A stretch of 64,000 nt of DNA, taken from an uncultured Acidobacteriota bacterium. GTDB taxonomy: Bacteria; Acidobacteriota; Thermoanaerobaculia; Thermoanaerobaculales; Thermoanaerobaculaceae. The stretch spans positions 17,876-81,875 of the forward strand of contig CAVVEO010000004.1 of NCBI GenBank assembly GCA_963747245.1, given 5' to 3'. Each line of letters starts with the position of its first letter. Positions within the stretch are counted from its first letter, which is position 1. Positions 38,369-45,827 of this stretch are shown in pieces. The notes under the pieces were generated by a model. It made no database searches. It was not told the origin of the DNA and worked only from the letters and a program-made list of their open reading frames with translations. The translations under genes were made by a program, and so were the position numbers.

Positions 38369-39766
38369 ATGAGCACCGCCACCGAAGGCGTGAGGATCGA
38401 CGAAGGTCTGATCGCCGAGACGCTGGTCGCGGGGCGCCGGCACGACGCCGCCCGCGTGCGCGAGGTGCTGGCCAAGGCGGCCGAGCTCGGGGGACTGCAG
38501 GAGCTCGACATGGCCGTCCTGACGGGCGTCTCGGACCCCGAGCTCCTGGGCGAGGTCTTCCAGGCCGCCAGGAACGTCAAGGAGGGCATCTACGGCAACC
38601 GCCTGGTGCTCTTCGCGCCCCTGTACATCTCGAACCTCTGCGACAACGAGTGCGTCTACTGCGCGTTTCGCGCCCGCAACCGCGAGCTGCAGCGACGAGC
38701 GCTCAGCCAGGAAGAGATCGCCGTCGAGGTGAGGCACCTCGTCGAGCAGGGCCACAAGCGCGTCCTCCTCGTCGCCGGCGAGGCGTACCCGCGCGAGGGT
38801 TTCGAGTACGTCCTCAACGCGATCGACACCGTCTACCGCACCGCCTCCGGCCCGGGCGAGATCCGGCGCGTCAACGCCAACATCGCGCCGCTGACGCTTG
38901 ACGAGTTCAAGCGGTTGAAGGCGAGGCAGATCGGCACCTACCAGGTCTTTCAGGAGACCTACCACCGCGAGACGTACGCGAAGGTCCACCTGGCAGGGAA
39001 GAAACGCGACTTCGACTGGCGCGTCAACGCCCCCGACCGCGCGATGGAGGCGGGAATCGACGACGTCGGCATCGGCGTCCTCTTCGGCCTGTTCGACTGG
39101 CGCTTCGAGATCCTCGCGCTGGTGCAGCACATCCGCCACCTCGAGCGGCGGTTCGGCGTCGGGCCGCACACGCTCTCGGTGCCGCGCATGGAACCCGCGA
39201 CCGGCTCCGACGTCGCGAGCCACCCGCCGCATCCGGTCTCCGACGTCGACTTCCGCAAGATCGTGGCGATCCTCCGCCTGGCCGTGCCCTACACCGGGAT
39301 CATCATGTCGACCCGGGAGGCGGCCGAAATCCGACGCGAGACGTTCGCCCTCGGGGTGTCGCAGATCTCCGCCGGCAGCCGCACGAACCCCGGCGGCTAC
39401 TCGGACGAGGAGAGGCTCGAGGCGGCGCAGTTCTGCCTCGGCGACCACCGCCCCCTCGACGAGGTGATCCGCGACGTCGCGGCGCTCGGCTACGTCCCTT
39501 CGTTCTGCACCGCCTGCTACCGCCTCGGGCGAACCGGGCGCGACTTCATGGACCTCGCGAAGCCGGGCGAGATCAAGGAACACTGCGGCCCCAACGCCCT
39601 CGCCACCTTCCAGGAGTACCTGGAGGACTACGGCTCGCCGGCCACCCGGCTGGCCGGACAGGCCGCGATCGCGCAGTCGCTCGCCGCGCTCGACCCCGGG
39701 CTGCGCGGAAAAGCGGAGAGGATGATCCGGATCGTGAAGGACGGCACGCGGGACGTGTACTGCTAG
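38369..39766 (+). CDS. hydG: [FeFe] hydrogenase maturase HydG (radical SAM tyrosine lyase)
   Basis: ORF 38093.. trimmed to MSTATEG.. 465 aa. Radical-SAM CDNECVYC. C-terminal auxiliary-cluster motif SFCTACYRLGRTGRDFM..HCGPNA. Confidence 0.93.
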   Translation: MSTATEGVRIDEGLIAETLVAGRRHDAARVREVLAKAAELGGLQELDMAVLTGVSDPELLGEVFQAARNVKEGIYGNRLVLFAPLYISNLCDNECVYCAFRARNRELQRRALSQEEIAVEVRHLVEQGHKRVLLVAGEAYPREGFEYVLNAIDTVYRTASGPGEIRRVNANIAPLTLDEFKRLKARQIGTYQVFQETYHRETYAKVHLAGKKRDFDWRVNAPDRAMEAGIDDVGIGVLFGLFDWRFEILALVQHIRHLERRFGVGPHTLSVPRMEPATGSDVASHPPHPVSDVDFRKIVAILRLAVPYTGIIMSTREAAEIRRETFALGVSQISAGSRTNPGGYSDEERLEAAQFCLGDHRPLDEVIRDVAALGYVPSFCTACYRLGRTGRDFMDLAKPGEIKEHCGPNALATFQEYLEDYGSPATRLAGQAAIAQSLAALDPGLRGKAERMIRIVKDGTRDVYC

Positions 39767-39788
39767 GGACGGGGGCGAGGCGAGAAGC

Positions 39789-41264
39789 GTGAAGCGAGAG
39801 GACGCGAGCGGCGGCGGATCCGGCCCGGAAAGCGCGGCGGGGGTCGGCGGCGCGAACACCCGGACCGAGCGGGACGCGCTCGGAGAGATGACTCTCCCCG
39901 CCGACGCCCTCTGGGGGATCCACACGGCCCGGGCCGCCGCCAACTTCCCCATCGCCGGCCGCCCCGTGCACCCCGAGCTGGTGCGCGCGTTCGGCGCGGT
40001 CAAACTCGCGTGCGCCCGCACCAACCGCGCGATCGGCGTCTGGGGGGACGCGGCCAAAGCCGACGCGATCGAGGGAGCCTGCCGCGAGATGGCCGACGGC
40101 CTGCTGACCGGAGACGTGGTCGTGGACTCGCTCCAGGGCGGCGCCGGCACCTCGCTCAACATGAACGTGAACGAGGTGCTCGCCAACCGCGCGCTCGCGC
40201 TGCTCGGCGAGGCGCCGGGGCGCTACGACCTGGTCTCGCCGCTCGACGACCTCAACCTCCACCAGTCCACCAACGACACCTTCCCCACCGCCCTGCGCCT
40301 CGCCGCGATCCGGCTCGTCCGCGTGCTCGAGGGCGAGGCGCTGGCGCTGCAGGAGGCGTTCCAGGCCAAGGAGAGGGCGTTCGCCCACGTCGTCAAGGTG
40401 GGGCGCACCGAGATGCAGGACGCCGTCCTGACGACGCTCGGCCGCGAGATGGGCGCGTACGCCGAGGCGTTCAACCGCGATCGCTGGCGGGCCTCCAGGT
40501 GCGAGGAGCGCCTCCGCGTCGTCAACCTCGGCGGCACCGCGATCGGCACCGGGATCGGCGCCCCGCGCGCGTTCGTCTTCGCGGCCGTCGACGCGCTGCG
40601 CGAGATCACCGGCATCGGCTTCGCCCGCGCCGAGAACCTCGTCGAGGCCACGGCCAACGCCGACGTTTTCGTCGAGGTCTCCGGGATCCTCAAGGCGTGC
40701 GCGGTGTCCCTCGCCAAGGCGAGCTCCGACCTCCGCCTCCTGTCATCCGGTCCGGAAGCCGGCCTCGGCGAGATCCGGTTGCCGCCGCGGCAGGCGGGCT
40801 CCTCGATCATGCCGGGCAAGGTGAACCCGGTCATCCCCGAGGCCGCCTGGCAGGCCGCCGCGCTCGCGATGGGCCACGACCAGGTGATCGCCGCCGCGGC
40901 CGCGGCCGGCTCCCTCGAGCTCAACCCGTTCCTGCCCTTGGTCGCCCACTGCCTGCTGGAGAGCTGCGACCTGCTGGCGCGAGGGTGCCGCATGCTGCGC
41001 CTGCACTGCGTCCTTGGGATCGAGGCGGACGAGGCGCGCTGCCGCCGCCATGTCGAGAACTCGACCGCGGCCGCAACCGCGCTCCTGCCGGCGCTCGGCT
41101 ACGATGGCGCGAGCCGCCTTCTCGCCTTCGCGCGGGAGCAGGGCCTCTCCGTCAGGGAGGCGGCCATCCGAGGGGGTTTCGTGACTCCCGAGCGGTTCGA
41201 CGAGTTGACCAGCCCCGAGGCCGTCTGCCGGCTCGGGTCTCCCGGGGACGGGGACGCGCGGTGA
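39789..41264 (+). CDS. Aspartate ammonia-lyase / class II fumarase family protein embedded in the hyd maturase operon
   Basis: 491 aa with GTSLNMNVNEV, HQSTNDTFPTA and the lyase signature GSSIMPGKVNP. GTG start. The stop overlaps the hydF start (GTGA). Confidence 0.9.
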   Translation: MKREDASGGGSGPESAAGVGGANTRTERDALGEMTLPADALWGIHTARAAANFPIAGRPVHPELVRAFGAVKLACARTNRAIGVWGDAAKADAIEGACREMADGLLTGDVVVDSLQGGAGTSLNMNVNEVLANRALALLGEAPGRYDLVSPLDDLNLHQSTNDTFPTALRLAAIRLVRVLEGEALALQEAFQAKERAFAHVVKVGRTEMQDAVLTTLGREMGAYAEAFNRDRWRASRCEERLRVVNLGGTAIGTGIGAPRAFVFAAVDALREITGIGFARAENLVEATANADVFVEVSGILKACAVSLAKASSDLRLLSSGPEAGLGEIRLPPRQAGSSIMPGKVNPVIPEAAWQAAALAMGHDQVIAAAAAAGSLELNPFLPLVAHCLLESCDLLARGCRMLRLHCVLGIEADEARCRRHVENSTAAATALLPALGYDGASRLLAFAREQGLSVREAAIRGGFVTPERFDELTSPEAVCRLGSPGDGDAR

Positions 41265-42496
41265 GCCAGACCGCGCCGCGGAACCAGCGCCTGCATATCG
41301 GGCTGTTCGGCCGCCGCAACGTCGGCAAGTCCAGCCTGTTGAACGCCGTCACCCGGCAGGACGCGGCCATCGTCTCGGACACGCCCGGCACCACGACCGA
41401 CCCGGTCGAGAAGCCGATGGAGCTGCTCCCTCTCGGGCCGGTCGTGTTCATCGACACGGCCGGCGTAGACGACGCCGGGGCGCTCGGCGAGAAGCGCATC
41501 GCGAAGACGCGTCAGGCCCTCGACCGCACCGACCTCGGCGTGCTCGTGACCGATGCCGGAGCGTGGGGGGAGTTCGAGGAGTCGCTGCTCGCCGAGTTGC
41601 GATCCCGGGGCGTGCCGGTCGTCGTCGCGCTCAACAAGAGCGACCTCGGCGCGGCCGCGGCGACGATCCTCGCGCGCCTCGCGGCCGAGAAGGTCGCGTG
41701 GGTGCAGACCGCGGCCGCTTCGGGCGCCGGGATCGGCGACCTGCGGCGCGCGCTTCTCGCAGCGGCGCCCGCCGACTACCTTGACGCCCGCCGGATCGCC
41801 GGGGACCTCGTCGGCCCGGGCGAGCTCGTCGTCCTCGTGGTCCCGATCGACAAGGAGGCCCCCAAGGGGCGCCTGATCCTCCCCCAGGTGCAGACGATCC
41901 GGGACGTCCTCGACGCCGACTCGTTCTGCCTGGTGGTCAAGGAGCGCGAGCTCAAAGCCGCGATCGAGCGCGTCGGACGGCCGCCGAAGCTCGTCGTCAC
42001 CGACTCGCAGGCGTTCCTCAAGGCGGTCGCCGACACCCCGCCCGGCGTGATGCTGACCTCGTTCTCGATCCTGTTCGCGCGGTTCCAGGGCGACCTCGCC
42101 GAGCTGGCGCGCGGGGCGAGGGCGATCGAAAGCCTCGCCAACGGCGACAAGGTCCTGATCGCCGAGGCGTGCACCCATCACCCGATCGGCGAGGACATCG
42201 GCCGCGTCAAGATCCCTCGCTGGCTCACGCAGTACGCCGGCTGCAGGCTCGAGTTCGCCACGGTGCAGGGACACGACTTCCCCGAAGACCTCTCGCCCTA
42301 CGCGCTGGTGGTGCACTGCGGCAACTGCGTCGGGAACCGGCGGGAGATGCTCTCCCGCATCCTGCGTTGCCGCCAGGCGGGGGTGCCGATCACGAACTAC
42401 GGCCTGGCCATCGCCTACTCCCTCGGGATCTTCGAGCGCGCCCTCGCTCCGTTTCCGGCCGCCCTCGCGGCCTACCATCGCGTTGCGGGCCGATGA
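41261..42496 (+). CDS. hydF: [FeFe] hydrogenase maturase GTPase/scaffold HydF
   Basis: 411 aa from the GTG: GRRNVGKSSLLN, DTPGTT, DTAG, NKSD, and C-terminal cluster ligands CTHH..HCGNC. Confidence 0.93.
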   Translation: MSQTAPRNQRLHIGLFGRRNVGKSSLLNAVTRQDAAIVSDTPGTTTDPVEKPMELLPLGPVVFIDTAGVDDAGALGEKRIAKTRQALDRTDLGVLVTDAGAWGEFEESLLAELRSRGVPVVVALNKSDLGAAAATILARLAAEKVAWVQTAAASGAGIGDLRRALLAAAPADYLDARRIAGDLVGPGELVVLVVPIDKEAPKGRLILPQVQTIRDVLDADSFCLVVKERELKAAIERVGRPPKLVVTDSQAFLKAVADTPPGVMLTSFSILFARFQGDLAELARGARAIESLANGDKVLIAEACTHHPIGEDIGRVKIPRWLTQYAGCRLEFATVQGHDFPEDLSPYALVVHCGNCVGNRREMLSRILRCRQAGVPITNYGLAIAYSLGIFERALAPFPAALAAYHRVAGR

Positions 42497-43530
42497 CCCC
42501 CGCCGAGATCCTCCGCTGGCTTCGCGAGGACGATCCGGACGCCCTGGAGGCGCTCTGGGCGAGGGCCGACACCGTGCGCCGGGAGCACGTCGGCGACGCG
42601 GTCCACCTGCGCGGCCTCGTCGAGATCTCGAACCACTGCGTGCGGCGCTGCGCCTATTGCGGGATCTCCGTCGCGAACCGGGAGCTCGCGCGCTACCGGA
42701 TGACGGCCGCCGAGATCGCGGCCTGCGCCCGCCGGACGGCGGCGCTCGGATACGGTACGGTCGTCTTGCAGGCGGGGGAGGACGCCGGCATCGCGCGCGG
42801 GTGGCTTGCGGGCGTGGTTCGCCGGATCAAGGCCGAGGTCCCCCTCGCCGTCACGCTCTCCCTCGGCGAGCGGTCGGACGACGACCTCGAGGCGTGGCGA
42901 GCCGCCGGCGCCGACCGCTACCTCCTGCGCTTCGAGACCTCGGACGCGGCGCTGTACGACCGCATCCACCCGCCGCTCGCGGGGCGGCCTTCGGATCGGT
43001 TCGTCATCCTGACGCGCCTCGCGGCCCTCGGCTACGAGGTCGGCAGCGGCGTCATGATCGGCATCCCCGGACAGACGTTCGCGAGCCTCGCCGCCGACCT
43101 CGCCGTGTTCGCCGGCCTCGACCTCGACATGATCGGCGTCGGGCCGTTCATCCCCCACCCCGCCACCGCCCTCGGCCGCGGCGAGCTCCCGGCGGCGCCG
43201 GCGGGAGAGCAGGTCCCCAACACCGAGCTGATGACCTACAAGGTCGTCGCTCTCGCCCGCCTCGTCTGCCCCGACGCCAACATCCCCTCCACCACGGCCC
43301 TCGCGACCGTCAATCCGGCAGGCGGCCGCGAGATCGGGCTCGCCCGCGGCGCCAACGTCGTGATGCCCAACCTGACGCCGGCGAGGTACCGCGCCCTGTA
43401 CGAGATCTACCCCGGCAAGGCGTGCCTGCGCGCGGCCCCGGCCGCGGGGGACGACGGCGTGCGCGGCCGGATCGAGCGGATCGGGCGCCAGGTCGGCTCG
43501 GGCCCCGGGCCACGGCGCCGCCGGGCCTGA
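42493..43530 (+). CDS. hydE: [FeFe] hydrogenase maturase HydE (radical SAM, BioB-like)
   Basis: ATGA overlap with hydF. 345 aa: SNHCVRRCAYCG, VLQAGED, and the typical ..LRFETSD..Y..I. Confidence 0.9.
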   Translation: MTPAEILRWLREDDPDALEALWARADTVRREHVGDAVHLRGLVEISNHCVRRCAYCGISVANRELARYRMTAAEIAACARRTAALGYGTVVLQAGEDAGIARGWLAGVVRRIKAEVPLAVTLSLGERSDDDLEAWRAAGADRYLLRFETSDAALYDRIHPPLAGRPSDRFVILTRLAALGYEVGSGVMIGIPGQTFASLAADLAVFAGLDLDMIGVGPFIPHPATALGRGELPAAPAGEQVPNTELMTYKVVALARLVCPDANIPSTTALATVNPAGGREIGLARGANVVMPNLTPARYRALYEIYPGKACLRAAPAAGDDGVRGRIERIGRQVGSGPGPRRRRA

Positions 43531-43806
43531 CGCGGCCCCCGCTTTCACCGGGTGGGCCCCTCCTTCCGGACCCGCGGGCGCACGAGCCGATGGTCACCCG
43601 CGCCGCCTGCGGATGGACGCCCCCCGCTGACCGGGCGGAGTCCCTGCCGCAAGGTGAGGACCATCGGCAGGGGTTCCGCAGCGCGGTAGGGTTGCGGTGA
43701 GACCGCCCCGGGGGTGGACGCCCGTCGCGCCGAAACCCCGGCGCCGGACAGGCCTGGGCGGCAAGAGAAGCCCCGTGCGCCCGGCGCCGGGGGGCGGGGG
43801 TCCCAC

Positions 43807-43829
43807 TTGCAAGATTCTCGTGATAGTAT
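43807..43829 (+). promoter_or_regulatory. AT-rich promoter-like patch (TTGCAA ... TG-n-TAGTAT extended -10) upstream of the [FeFe] hydrogenase structural genes
   Basis: Read from the sequence, about 100 nt upstream of the SD-ATG at 43928. The spacing from the -35-like hexamer to the -10 is short (11 nt), so only the extended -10 is convincing. Confidence 0.3.
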
Positions 43830-43927
43830 TCACATAGCGTATGCAACGCCCGCCGGGCGTCCGCGGCGCAAACCGCCGGACACGGGCGGGGAGCCCGCAA
43901 CGCCACTGGCCGTGAAAGGAGACGGTA

Positions 43928-44092
43928 ATGGCAAGGACCCTGATCGTCGACAACGACCCCGACGTCGTCGAGGCGTGCCGCCTTCTTCTCCAGCGGGAGC
44001 ACCACGACGTCGCCTGGGCGCACAACCGGGCCGAGCGGGTGCAGCCTGCCGCCACCAGGGCCTCCGGACTGCTCGCGGAGAGGGTGAGGTGA
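43928..44092 (+). CDS. 54-aa ORF: N-terminal remnant of a response-regulator receiver domain (not in ORF track)
   Basis: Hand-translated: MARTLIVDNDPDVVEACRLLLQREHHDVAWAHNRAERVQPAATRASGLLAERVR. Strong SD AAAGGAG 6 nt upstream. The first 35 aa or so match the receiver beta1-alpha1-beta2. It ends before the phospho-acceptor Asp. The stop is 4 nt before the hydC-like ATG. Confidence 0.45.
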   Translation: MARTLIVDNDPDVVEACRLLLQREHHDVAWAHNRAERVQPAATRASGLLAERVR

Positions 44093-44096
44093 CGCC

Positions 44097-44624
44097 ATGC
44101 TGGTAACCGATCGACAGCGCCTGCGCGACGACATTGCCGCCTGGGTCGCACGCTCCGGCGCGCAGCGCTCCTCGCTGATCCCGGTCCTGCAGGAGATCCA
44201 GGCGAAATACCACCAGATCTCCGACCACGCGATGCAGGTGGTCGCCGATCATCTCGACATCCACCCGGTGGAGGTCTACAGCGTCGTGACCTTCTACGCC
44301 TTCCTCAACGAGGGGTACCACGGGAAGTTCGTGATCCGGCTGTGCCGCACGGTCTCGTGCGACATGGCGGGCAAGGACCGCGTCGCCCGCCAACTCGAAA
44401 ACGACCTCGGGATCTCGTTCGGCCAGACCACCAGGGACGGCAAGTTCTCGCTCGAATGGGCGAGCTGCATCGGCATGTGCGACCAGGGGCCGGCCCTGCT
44501 CGTCAACGACCAGGTGTTCACCTCCGTGACTCCCGAAAAGGTCCACGACATCCTGCAACTTTGCCGCAAGAGCTTCGGACCGCTGGCCGTGCACCAGGCC
44601 AACCACCAGGAGGCCCGCCAATGA
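44097..44624 (+). CDS. hydC: NuoE-like [2Fe-2S] subunit of the [FeFe] hydrogenase (HydC)
   Basis: 175 aa with the thioredoxin-like ferredoxin motifs RLCRTVSC and ASCIGMCDQGPA. Confidence 0.92.
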   Translation: MLVTDRQRLRDDIAAWVARSGAQRSSLIPVLQEIQAKYHQISDHAMQVVADHLDIHPVEVYSVVTFYAFLNEGYHGKFVIRLCRTVSCDMAGKDRVARQLENDLGISFGQTTRDGKFSLEWASCIGMCDQGPALLVNDQVFTSVTPEKVHDILQLCRKSFGPLAVHQANHQEARQ

Positions 44625-45811
44625 GCCTCGGACACCATGGCCTCGTGACCTTCAAGACGGTCGACCCGGACGCAGGGCTCGCGTCCGCGCTCGCCAGGAG
44701 CTCCGCGGAGATCATCGCCGAGCTCACCGCCGCCAGACTCAAAGGGCGCGGCGGCGCCGGCTTCCCCACCGGCGTCAAGTGGCAGCTCGCGGCCGCGGCC
44801 GCCAGCGGCGTCAAGTACGTGGTCTGCAACGCCGACGAGGGCGAGCCCGGGACGTTCAAGGACCGGGTGATCCTCGCCGAGGTGCCCGACCTCGTCTTCG
44901 CGGGTATGACGATCGGCGGCCTCGCAATCGGAGCGGCGGAGGGGATCGTCTACCTGCGCGGCGAGTACGCCTACCTGCGCCGGCAACTCGAGGAAGCGCT
45001 CACCCGGCGGCGGGCCGCGGGCCAGCTCGGGGAGAAGGTCATGGGGACGGGGCTCGCGTTCGACATCGAGATCCGCATGGGGTCAGGCGCCTACGTGTGC
45101 GGTGAGGAGACGGCGCTCATCGAGTCGCTCGAGGGGTACCGCGGCGAGCCGCGCAACCGGCCGCCGTTTCCGGTCGACAGCGGCTACCTGGGCCGGCCGA
45201 CGATCGTGAACAACGTCGAGACGTTCGCCTGCGTGACCGCGATCATGGCCAAGGGCGCCCCATGGTTCGCCGCCATCGGCACCGAGAGGTCCACCGGTCC
45301 GAAGCTGTTCTCGGTTTCCGGCGACTGCGCCCGGCCGGGCGTGTACGAGTTCCCGATGGGGCTCCCGGTTTCCGAGTTGCTGCACGAGGTCGGGGGCGAA
45401 GGCGCGAAGGCGGTCCAGATCGGCGGGGCCTCCGGGCGCTGCGTCCCGGCCTCGGAGTTCGCCAGCACGATCTGCTACGAGGGGATCTCGACCGGCGGCT
45501 CGGTGATCGTGTTCGGCCCGCAGCGAGACATGCTGCGCGTCGCCAGGAACTTCATGGAGTTCTTCGTGGAGGAGTCGTGCGGCCAGTGCACCCCGTGCCG
45601 CGAGGGAAACGCAAGGCTCCTGGAGGGCATCGAAATGCTGGAGGATGGCCGCTGCTCCGCAGCCTACCTCGCGGAGCTGACCAGGCTCGGGGAGGTCATG
45701 CAACTCGCCTCCAAGTGCGGGCTCGGCCAGTCGAGCCCGAACGCGTTCCTGTCGATCGTCGAGCACTTCCGGGACGAGATCATGGGCCGCACGTACGGCC
45801 CGGCGCGGTGA
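44621..45811 (+). CDS. hydB: NuoF-like FMN/NAD(H)-binding subunit (HydB), core-only version
   Basis: ATGA overlap. 396 aa: GRGGAGFPTG.KW, NADEGEPGTFKDR, ESCGQCTPCREG. No N-terminal [2Fe-2S] domain and no C-terminal 2x[4Fe-4S] ferredoxin domain. Confidence 0.92.
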   Translation: MSLGHHGLVTFKTVDPDAGLASALARSSAEIIAELTAARLKGRGGAGFPTGVKWQLAAAAASGVKYVVCNADEGEPGTFKDRVILAEVPDLVFAGMTIGGLAIGAAEGIVYLRGEYAYLRRQLEEALTRRRAAGQLGEKVMGTGLAFDIEIRMGSGAYVCGEETALIESLEGYRGEPRNRPPFPVDSGYLGRPTIVNNVETFACVTAIMAKGAPWFAAIGTERSTGPKLFSVSGDCARPGVYEFPMGLPVSELLHEVGGEGAKAVQIGGASGRCVPASEFASTICYEGISTGGSVIVFGPQRDMLRVARNFMEFFVEESCGQCTPCREGNARLLEGIEMLEDGRCSAAYLAELTRLGEVMQLASKCGLGQSSPNAFLSIVEHFRDEIMGRTYGPAR

Positions 45812-45827
45812 GGAAAGGGAGCCGGCC

